Shown here: positions 17,965 to 25,667 of the stretch, in pieces
Layout: every line of letters begins with the position of its first letter
How positions within the stretch are numbered: the first letter of the stretch is position 1
DNA from: Promethearchaeia archaeon
Lineage (GTDB): Archaea > Asgardarchaeota > Lokiarchaeia > Sigyniarchaeales > SOKP01
Direction of reading: 5' to 3'
Assembly: GCA_046497275.1 (NCBI GenBank)
Contig: JAWOFX010000041.1
Location: 46,279-78,278, forward strand
DNA: 32,000 nt
The notes under the pieces: generated by a model
What the model was told of the DNA's origin: nothing
What the model saw: the letters and a program-made list of their open reading frames with translations, nothing else
The model's database searches: none
Made by a program: the position numbers and the translations under genes

Positions 17965-18219
17965 ATGAGTGAAGAAAAAACAGAAGAACCGCTTTTTGAT
18001 GTTGAATTAGATACAAGAGGGTTGTTTTGTCCTGAACCTTTATTTGAAATAAGAAATCTCTCAGAGGAATTGGAAATTGGTCAATGTTTTAAAGTGATCG
18101 CGGATGATCCCGCTGCTGAGGAAGATTTTAAAAGGTGGGCAAAACGAACAGATACAGATATTATTGATTTCAGTAAAAAAGGAGACGACTTAATATTCTA
18201 TTTCAAGAAGAAAAAATAA
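17965..18219 (+). CDS. tusA: TusA/SirA-family sulfur carrier protein
   Basis: LDTRGLFCPEP (CPxP), ADDPAAEEDFKRWA. SD AGGAGGT upstream. Confidence 0.92.
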   Translation: MSEEKTEEPLFDVELDTRGLFCPEPLFEIRNLSEELEIGQCFKVIADDPAAEEDFKRWAKRTDTDIIDFSKKGDDLIFYFKKKK

Positions 18220-18233
18220 TGAGGTGAAAAAGC

Positions 18234-18593
18234 ATGGAAAAAAAACATCTTTTATATGTTCAAACCACAGATGCTTCTGAAAAGCAATATTCCCCATTAG
18301 TATTAGCCCAAATGGCTGTAGCAATGGATTTAAAGGCGACAGTATATTACTTGGGAACAGGGTTAAAAATCTTAAAACTGGGTGAGGCGGAGAAAATTAA
18401 ACTAGGAAATTTTCCAAGTGTGAGAGAGATGATTGATCAAACAAAAGAAGCAGGCGTGGAAATTTTAGTCTGTGAAGCATCAAAACGTATGTTAGGATGG
18501 GAGAGTGTTGAGTTAATCCCTAGAGTGAAAATAGTTGGGGCTGCGACCCTAAATGATTTGGTGTTGGAAGCAGATGGAACAATGTGGTTTTAA
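18234..18593 (+). CDS. DsrE/DsrF-family sulfur relay protein
   Basis: PLVLAQMAVAMD..ATVYYLGTG, GVEILVCEAS (conserved Cys), IVGAATL. SD GAGGTGA. Confidence 0.85.
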   Translation: MEKKHLLYVQTTDASEKQYSPLVLAQMAVAMDLKATVYYLGTGLKILKLGEAEKIKLGNFPSVREMIDQTKEAGVEILVCEASKRMLGWESVELIPRVKIVGAATLNDLVLEADGTMWF

Positions 18594-18629
18594 TTAATCA
18601 AAAATAAAAAACAAAATTGAGGTTAAAAA

Positions 18630-19823
18630 ATGGAAATATATTTGGATTATCAATCGGCAAAACCGGTTGATCCCAGAGTTATAGAAGAGATGATACCCTA
18701 TTTTACTGATAAATTCGGGAATCCAGCATCATTACACAACGTCGGTGATCAAGCTACTGAAGCTCTCAATCATTCTAGAAAACAGATTAAAGATTTCTTG
18801 AATGCCTCTGAGGATTCGAAAATAGTTTTTACATCCGGTGCGACAGAATCCAATAATCTTGCTTTAATTGGAACTGCTAGGAGATATAAAAATAAGGGAA
18901 ATCATATCATTATTTCAGAAATTGAGCATATTTCAATTCGAAATCTCGCGAAATATTTGGAGAGAGAAGGTTTTAAGGTTAGTAAAATCCCCGTAGACCA
19001 ATTTGGGGTCATAAAACTCGCTAAATTAAAGAATTTAATCACTGAAAATACTATTCTTATTTCTATTTCTACTGCGAGTAACGAAATCGGTTCAATCCAA
19101 CCATATGAAGAGATCAGTAAAATTGCTAAGGAGAATAATATAATTTTTCACACAGATGCAATTGCAAGTGAATCAGCATTACCGATTAAAGTGGAAGAAA
19201 CACCGTTTGATCTTATAACATTATCCTCAAATGATATATATGGTCCAAAAGGAGTAGGCGCGTTATATCTTCGAAAAGGTTTGCGCTTAAATCCCGTTTT
19301 AATTGGTGGTGGACAAGAATTTGGTATGAGATCTGGATCTCATAATTTGCCTGGAATAGTTGGATTTGGGAAAGCTGCGGAAATTATGAAGAGAGAAATG
19401 ATTTCTGAAGATAAAAGACTTTCAGAATATAGAGATTTATTAATTAAAGAGGTAATAGATAAAATTCCAAAATCCTATCTCAATGGGCATCCGACTAAAC
19501 GATTAGCTCATAATGCTCACTTTCGTTTCGATTATATTGAGGGAGAATCGTTAATTCTTGATTTAAAAGAAAATAATATAGCTGCAGCAACAGGCTCAGC
19601 GTGCTCATCCAAAACATTGGAACCATCACACACTTTAATTTCTTGTGGATTGTTACATGAAGAAGCACATGGAAGCTTATTATTTACATTAGGGAGATTT
19701 ACTCAAAAAGAAGAAATCAATAAAGTGATTGAAATATTACCTGGGATTGTAAAGAGATTGAGGTTATTATCTCCACTTACTCCTCCTGAAATTTTAAAAA
19801 AATATAATGAGGTGAAAAATTAA
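18630..19823 (+). CDS. iscS: IscS/NifS-family protein, non-canonical (PLP lysine replaced by Asp)
   Basis: YLDYQSAKP, GNPAS, FTSGATESNN, SEIEH, NEIGSIQP, HTDA, SSNDIYGPKGVGAL, GGGQE, TGSACSS. Confidence 0.93.
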   Translation: MEIYLDYQSAKPVDPRVIEEMIPYFTDKFGNPASLHNVGDQATEALNHSRKQIKDFLNASEDSKIVFTSGATESNNLALIGTARRYKNKGNHIIISEIEHISIRNLAKYLEREGFKVSKIPVDQFGVIKLAKLKNLITENTILISISTASNEIGSIQPYEEISKIAKENNIIFHTDAIASESALPIKVEETPFDLITLSSNDIYGPKGVGALYLRKGLRLNPVLIGGGQEFGMRSGSHNLPGIVGFGKAAEIMKREMISEDKRLSEYRDLLIKEVIDKIPKSYLNGHPTKRLAHNAHFRFDYIEGESLILDLKENNIAAATGSACSSKTLEPSHTLISCGLLHEEAHGSLLFTLGRFTQKEEINKVIEILPGIVKRLRLLSPLTPPEILKKYNEVKN

Positions 19824-19824
19824 A

Positions 19825-20616
19825 ATGAAATCAACCCAATACACTGAAAAAGTAATGGATCATTTTAGAAATCCTCGAAATGTCGGCATTATTGAAAATC
19901 CTGATGGATATGGAAAAGTTGGAAACCCTGTATGCGGAGATTTAATGGAAATGTTTATAAATGTGGAAAAAGATGAACAAGGAGAGGAATTTATTGAAGA
20001 CATTAAATTTAGAACCTTTGGATGTGGATCTGCTGTCGCAACCTCTTCAATGATAACTGAAATGGCTATGGGGATGAATCTTGATGAAGCTTATAAAATT
20101 ACAAGAAACGATGTAGCAGATGAGCTTGAGGGCTTACCCCCAATAAAAATGCATTGTTCGAATCTTGCAGCTGATGCATTAAAGGCAGCGATTGATAACT
20201 ATAGAAAAGGTACAGAGCCAGAAGTTCAAGTTCAAGCTTCATGTAAACCTATCGATATAAAAATCATTTTAGGTTTGGATGAGTTTCTAGGAAAAGGAGT
20301 TTATGAAAAACTTCCAGATTTGGAAGAATTAAAAGATAAACGCACTCTGATTGTTGATTCAAATGAAAAAGCATTAGAATTCGCTATTGAATTAACAGAT
20401 TATACGAATAGAGTTATTGTAACTACTAATAGAGATGAAATTCCTGGTTCAGAAGAGATGAGAAAAAAGTTAAAATTCTCCGATGTAAAAATATTGAGAC
20501 AATCAGAATTAATAGAAATTCAAGGTACTGACAGTGTTGAGAAGGTTCTAATCCATGATTTGGATGAGGATGAAAATTATGAACTATTTGTTGATTCTGT
20601 AATCATATTAAAATAA
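19825..20616 (+). CDS. iscU: IscU Fe-S scaffold fused to a C-terminal thioredoxin-reductase-like Rossmann domain
   Basis: YTEKVMDHFRNPRNVG, GNPVCGD, FGCGSAVATSS, KMHCSNLA (three Cys), followed by about 120 extra residues. Confidence 0.92.
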   Translation: MKSTQYTEKVMDHFRNPRNVGIIENPDGYGKVGNPVCGDLMEMFINVEKDEQGEEFIEDIKFRTFGCGSAVATSSMITEMAMGMNLDEAYKITRNDVADELEGLPPIKMHCSNLAADALKAAIDNYRKGTEPEVQVQASCKPIDIKIILGLDEFLGKGVYEKLPDLEELKDKRTLIVDSNEKALEFAIELTDYTNRVIVTTNRDEIPGSEEMRKKLKFSDVKILRQSELIEIQGTDSVEKVLIHDLDEDENYELFVDSVIILK

Positions 20617-20874
20617 TTTTTATTTTAATTCTTTATTTAGTTGGATTTTTAAAAATAGAATAAAATCTAAATCCTTTATTGGGATAAATAAGATCGCTTA
20701 GTTATAATAGAAGAAGTATTATATATATTATAATAAATCATAATCTAATCATTTTTTAATTTTTATAATTCTAATTCTTCAAGGTAATTTTTTTTTAATT
20801 TATAATAAGAAGAATTAAACATAATCTAGAAATACACACAATAACAAAATTAAAATAATTTTATTGTGAAAGCT

Positions 20875-21216
20875 ATGAAAAATAGTAAAGAATTATTACA
20901 AGAAATACAAGATACTATGAATTCTTTTGGAAAAATTAATCCCGAGGCTATGGAAGGATTTAAAAAATTCATGGATACCTCAAAACAAGATGGTGCGTTA
21001 TCAAAAAAGATGAAAGAAATAATCGGTGTTGCACTTTCGGTAAGCAAGCAATGCGAATGGTGTGTAGCACTCCACATTAGGCAGGCTTTACAAGCAGGTG
21101 CTACGAAGGAAGAGATCATGGAAGCATGTTTGGTTGCAGCAATGATGGGTGGAGGGCCCTCATTAATGTTCACGAAAAATGTATTGCAATCAATAGAAGA
21201 TTTTACTAAAAAATAA
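20875..21216 (+). CDS. Carboxymuconolactone decarboxylase/AhpD-like protein with CxxC
   Basis: GALSKKMKEIIGVALSV, CEWCVALH, AGATKEEIMEA, MGGGP. ATG 20875 preferred over GTG 20866 because the GTGA there acts as an SD. Confidence 0.88.
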   Translation: MKNSKELLQEIQDTMNSFGKINPEAMEGFKKFMDTSKQDGALSKKMKEIIGVALSVSKQCEWCVALHIRQALQAGATKEEIMEACLVAAMMGGGPSLMFTKNVLQSIEDFTKK

Positions 21217-21234
21217 ATAAAAGGTGTTTATAAA

Positions 21235-21627
21235 ATGGTAGATTTTTTAAAAAAAGAGTTGGATATGGATTTTGATAAAGCAGTTAAAAAAGTAGAAACT
21301 ATTGTTGAGGAAGAAGGATTTAGTCTGTTGTTGACGAAAGATCTTGATAAGATTTTCAAGAAAAATTTGGGAGTAGATTATTCAAGATATACTATGATTT
21401 TAGCCTGTGCTCCTGAATTCGCAAAAGGGGCTTTAGATGTTTCAAAGAATGTGGGTTTACTCTTTCCTTGTAGTTTTGTGGTATATGAAGACCAAGGGAA
21501 AGTTTTTGTCTCTCACATATCTATTATGAAAATAGCTCCTGAAATTGAGCTTGCTTCTGCAGATGAGATGCAGCCAGTGATTGATATGACGGGAGAAGCA
21601 GTCCATAAAGCATGGGACAGACTTTAA
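21235..21627 (+). CDS. DUF302 domain protein
   Basis: EEEGFSLL, ILACAP, GLLFPCSFVVYE. Confidence 0.82.
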   Translation: MVDFLKKELDMDFDKAVKKVETIVEEEGFSLLLTKDLDKIFKKNLGVDYSRYTMILACAPEFAKGALDVSKNVGLLFPCSFVVYEDQGKVFVSHISIMKIAPEIELASADEMQPVIDMTGEAVHKAWDRL

Positions 21628-21758
21628 TAATTAAATATTTTTTCTTTTTATTTAGGGGTATCGATACTTATTCTTCTATTTTTAAAATATAAAAGGTAGG
21701 CTTTAATCAAAAGGAAGTCTATTTCTAAATCAAATAATAAATTATAATTGGTGAGATT

Positions 21759-21881
21759 ATGACAAATGTAGGAGAAGTTTATAAATGTGAGAAATGTGGA
21801 AATGTAGTCAAAGTAATCGAAGAAGGATTTGGCACATTGGTGTGTTGCGGAGAAGATATGGTATTAGTAGAAGAAGAGTAG
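21759..21881 (+). CDS. Stand-alone desulforedoxin (40 aa)
   Basis: Manual translation [40 protein letters not shown] shows CxxC...CC. SD GGTGA. Below the ORF-track length cutoff. Confidence 0.93.
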   Translation: MTNVGEVYKCEKCGNVVKVIEEGFGTLVCCGEDMVLVEEE

Positions 21882-22003
21882 GCATTCTTCTGGTAAAAAG
21901 CTTTACTTCAATTATTCTTAAATTCTTATTTTTTCTTTAAATGGGTGACTAGTATAAGTAGAAAATAAAAAAATATTTAGATTAAAATTACTGATGAATA
22001 TTT

Positions 22004-22384
22004 TTAGCTAACTTTTTCTTCATTTCTCCAGAGTCCGTGAATGTTACAATAACTAAATGCAATAATAGTCCCTGGTTTTTCAGTTTTAAATCTCATTGTC
22101 GCCTCTGGTTCGCAATAGATGGTTGATGTATTAGGTCCTTCTACAGATTCTCCATGTGCGTTAAACTCACATTTACCTATTTCATAGGGATATTTCTCTC
22201 CATCCGGGTGGAATAGCGCCTTAATCCATCTAATATGATGTTCTGTGGTATTTGGATGACCTATCTCCTCTCCAACATGGAGTCTAACTGTGACCATATC
22301 TCCCTTCTTAGCCATATCAATAACGGGCACATGCTTTTCCTTCTTCCAGTCTGCCTCTTGATAAAGTTCGTTATAATCTACCAT
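22004..22384 (-). CDS. sor: Superoxide reductase (1Fe, neelaredoxin type)
   Basis: EKHVP, HPNTTEHHIRWI, CNIHGLW ligand motifs. Confidence 0.95.
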   Translation of the reverse strand: MVDYNELYQEADWKKEKHVPVIDMAKKGDMVTVRLHVGEEIGHPNTTEHHIRWIKALFHPDGEKYPYEIGKCEFNAHGESVEGPNTSTIYCEPEATMRFKTEKPGTIIAFSYCNIHGLWRNEEKVS

Positions 22385-22612
22385 TTTTTATAACCTCTTA
22401 TTATAGTTTTCTAATCCTCAAATTTCTTGGATATCGATATTTAAAAAAGGAATAAAATCGTTTAAAAAATTATTTTTAATAAATTATTAAGTTTTGGAGG
22501 GGAGAATCTTTTAAATCTATTTTTGAAAATAGGTGGCTAAGAGATTGATATTCCAATTTTATTCCAATAAGATTTTGAAAAAATTATGTATCCGAAATAG
22601 TATAAAAAAAAA

Positions 22613-23848
22613 TTATATTAGTTGAATACTAGAAGGAAATACCGCAGCTTTTGGAGGTTCCGGATATTCTGTACTTAATTCATTAATTAGATCATCCCAT
22701 TCGTTAAATAATTTAACATCTTTAGGGAAAAAATGATATAAATCTGGCTCACTAATGTTTGGTGAGAAGAATAATATCTTTCTTTTTTTAACAAATGCTT
22801 TCCATATAACACTATCTCCTAAATTATTATATAATTTGGCTCCAGTCTCAGCGATTAAACTATGATATCCTCTTCCTTCATAGGATGATGACATGAGTAC
22901 TATATGCCCTCTTCTATTTAACATTTTATTTGGCGCAGTCATCAACGCATTAAAACCTTTAACTGACTGATTTAATTCTGAGTCTTCGGGAAAGAGATTG
23001 AAAAAACAAATGTCATTATCTAAGGTAACTTCTGTGGAATAAGCTTCAGTCGCCAATTCCATCGCTTTTCGATGAGATTGTCTAAAATCTCCCGCTGTGA
23101 TCCCAGAGATATCGCCTTTTTCGGTTAAAATCAAATTGATTGAGAAATCTAGTCCGACTATATCTGCAATTTCTTCTATATCTTCACGAACTCCAGTCAT
23201 TCGACCGATGCCTGCTCCTATTCCCCTCATTGCAGCAGAATGATTCGCTTCTAATGTCCGGATTCCACATACTCCAGGGAGGACTATTTTTGCACCACCT
23301 CCAAATCCCGCTAATGGATGTGGAATTACACCCCCGACAGAAATTTTGAGGTCAGCATTACAATACGTTGTATTGACATCTATAGGAGTACCAATATTTG
23401 ATTCTCCAAAATTAGTGAGATTTTCATAAGGATGATGGTTTTCAATATTTAATGTATCTACAACATCTTTCCCTAATTTTAGAATTTGATCCTCCTTCAT
23501 CATTGGTTTATGGGCTCCTAAAGCAAAAAGAATGGTAATCTGTTCTCGTGAAATTCCACCTTGCTTAAGTTCCTCAAGAATATAAGGCATTAATAGGGAT
23601 ACAGGAGTGGTTCGTGTCATGTCATCAACAACAATTACAATTTTCTCCTTTCCTTTTGCTAATTCTGATAATTTAGGTGTTCCGATGGGATTTAAAATAC
23701 CTTGCGCAAGCTGATTCCCAGATAATACGGGTCCATTCCATTTATTCATTTTACAAACATTTACTTCCCAAGATTCTGGAAAAGAAATTTCAAGAAATTC
23801 GGGATCTCGCCATGCTGCCCATGGGATTCTAATTTTATTTTTTGACAT
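22613..23848 (-). CDS. LarA-family nickel-pincer-dependent 2-hydroxy acid racemase/epimerase
   Basis: VDDMTRTTP, ALGAH, ENHHP, GTPIDVN, PHPLAGFGGGAKIVLPG, ANH. Confidence 0.85.
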   Translation of the reverse strand: MSKNKIRIPWAAWRDPEFLEISFPESWEVNVCKMNKWNGPVLSGNQLAQGILNPIGTPKLSELAKGKEKIVIVVDDMTRTTPVSLLMPYILEELKQGGISREQITILFALGAHKPMMKEDQILKLGKDVVDTLNIENHHPYENLTNFGESNIGTPIDVNTTYCNADLKISVGGVIPHPLAGFGGGAKIVLPGVCGIRTLEANHSAAMRGIGAGIGRMTGVREDIEEIADIVGLDFSINLILTEKGDISGITAGDFRQSHRKAMELATEAYSTEVTLDNDICFFNLFPEDSELNQSVKGFNALMTAPNKMLNRRGHIVLMSSSYEGRGYHSLIAETGAKLYNNLGDSVIWKAFVKKRKILFFSPNISEPDLYHFFPKDVKLFNEWDDLINELSTEYPEPPKAAVFPSSIQLI

Positions 23849-24130
23849 CTTTATCGTCTTAAATACTTTAAATTTGGGTATTCAATTTTATTCTATATAT
23901 TTAGTTTTAGAATTAATTTTATATAATATTTTTAATGTAAAGAAGAACCACAATGAATTTTTCCACGAAATTGCCAATTATTGATTTTTTTCTTTTCTGA
24001 ACTAAAGTCTTATACTTTTAACTCATTGTGTTATTTCAATTAAGTAATCTTTAATTTTTAAACAACAATTTTTTAAGGAAACCAACTTAATTGTAATCGT
24101 AAACCAATTAAAAAAATAGAAGTGAAACAA

Positions 24131-24418
24131 ATGACATTAGGAAAAATTCCGATAGATTTAAGCAAAGCTAAACAAGAGAATATTGATAAGCAGATATTAC
24201 GTGCAGGAATGCTTGCGGAACTTGATGCGATTAATTTATATGAACAGATGGCAGATATGACAGATAATAAACACTTGAAAATGGTGTTGCTTGATATTGC
24301 AAAAGAAGAGAAAGAGCACGTTGGAGAGTTTCAATATATGCTCTTAAAGTTAGATGCTCAACAAAAAGAAGAATTAGAAGAAGGAATGGAAGAAGTGAAA
24401 GAATTAATTGGAGATTAA
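24131..24418 (+). CDS. Half-ferritin (encapsulated-ferritin/rubrerythrin-like) di-iron protein
   Basis: AELDAINLYEQ and IAKEEKEHVGEF ferroxidase motifs. ATG 24131 or GTG 24122. Confidence 0.85.
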   Translation: MTLGKIPIDLSKAKQENIDKQILRAGMLAELDAINLYEQMADMTDNKHLKMVLLDIAKEEKEHVGEFQYMLLKLDAQQKEELEEGMEEVKELIGD

Positions 24419-24531
24419 ACCCCATAAAAAATTTTATTTTTTTTTCTTATTTTATGAAGTTAGGTATAATATTTAGTTGATTTATCAAAATTTACTTAGA
24501 TGAGAATTAATTAATGAAGAGCTGAATTACT

Positions 24532-25086
24532 ATTTCCAAAAAGAAAGCAATTGTTATGGATAGAGATGGTACATTAAACAAAGATCCGGGGTATGTCCAT
24601 AAAGTCGAGGATTTCGAACTACTCCCGGGAGTGATTGAAGGATTGAATCTTTTAAAGCAAGATTATTTATTTTTCATAATCAGTAATCAATCGGGGATAG
24701 GACGAGGTTATTATGAAGAAAAAGATTTCTGGGATTTTACAAATCATTTACTTTCAACCTTAGAAGAAAATGAGATTCATATTGAACGAGTCTATTTTTG
24801 TCCTCATCATCCAGATATTGATTGTAATTGTAGAAAACCAAACACAAAGTTCATGGATGATATCCTTTCAGAATATAAGATAGATTTAGATGGATCTTGG
24901 ATGATTGGGGATCATCCATCAGATGTACAATTTGGAGTTAATGCCGGCATTAAGTCTGTATTTTTATTAACGGGGCACGGAAAAAAACATCTCCATGAAT
25001 TAGAAGAAAAAGAGATTGAACCGACCATAATGGCTAAAAATTTTTTAGATGCCGCGAAATCGATAAAAAACTATTCACATAACTAG
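24532..25086 (+). CDS. GmhB/histidinol-phosphatase-like HAD phosphatase
   Basis: KKAIVMDRDGTLN, SNQSGIGRG, CPHHP, CNCRKP, MIGD. The domain begins upstream of the ATG at 24556, so the start is uncertain. Confidence 0.88.
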   Translation: MSKKKAIVMDRDGTLNKDPGYVHKVEDFELLPGVIEGLNLLKQDYLFFIISNQSGIGRGYYEEKDFWDFTNHLLSTLEENEIHIERVYFCPHHPDIDCNCRKPNTKFMDDILSEYKIDLDGSWMIGDHPSDVQFGVNAGIKSVFLLTGHGKKHLHELEEKEIEPTIMAKNFLDAAKSIKNYSHN

Positions 25087-25163
25087 TTAATTATTCATTG
25101 ATATAAGGATTCAGTATAAATAAGGGAAATTATTTTTATATTATATAGTGGACCTAATAATAG

Positions 25164-25643
25164 GTGGACTCTATTTTTTTCAGAAAAATAAATAATGCTC
25201 AATTATGGGATAAGATTCAGAGATTAAGAGAAATTATTAAAGCAGAAAAGAATTTTAAAGAGAGAGTTTGTTGGAAATGCGGAAAAGAACTTAATATTTA
25301 TGATTTCTTAAGTGATAATTTGGAATACAGTGCTCTCGGAATTTTTAAGTTATGGCAATCCCCACTCTTAGAATTTCATTGCTGCGACTGCTTCAAATCA
25401 TTGAAATCCCATGAATTAGAACAAATTGAACAAATTTCCAAGACACGAAAATGTCTTTATTGTGATAATGAGATTGATTTATATACTTATGCAAGACGTA
25501 ATAATTATCTTAAAATTTACGAATTAAAAGAGATCTGGCAAGATCCAAAAGCAGAAATTTTTTGCGATTCTCTATGCAGGAAAAAGTATAACCGTGAAGC
25601 TGCAGCAGGCGCACTCAATCTAAAGTTCAAAAATACAAATTAA
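25164..25643 (+). CDS. Hypothetical protein with two tandem Cys-rich (Zn-finger-like) repeats
   Basis: CWKC...HCCDC and CLYC...FCDSLC repeats with shared W-x-x-P spacing. Confidence 0.8.
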   Translation: MDSIFFRKINNAQLWDKIQRLREIIKAEKNFKERVCWKCGKELNIYDFLSDNLEYSALGIFKLWQSPLLEFHCCDCFKSLKSHELEQIEQISKTRKCLYCDNEIDLYTYARRNNYLKIYELKEIWQDPKAEIFCDSLCRKKYNREAAAGALNLKFKNTN

Positions 25644-25667
25644 ATAAATTTAGATTAGAAATAATTT

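Noticed and set aside
21658-21669. GTATCGATAC palindrome, with a related AAGTATCGAT at 3455 and ATATCGATAT near 22431
   Set aside because: Short ATCGAT-centred words are frequent in this window and show no consistent position relative to starts.
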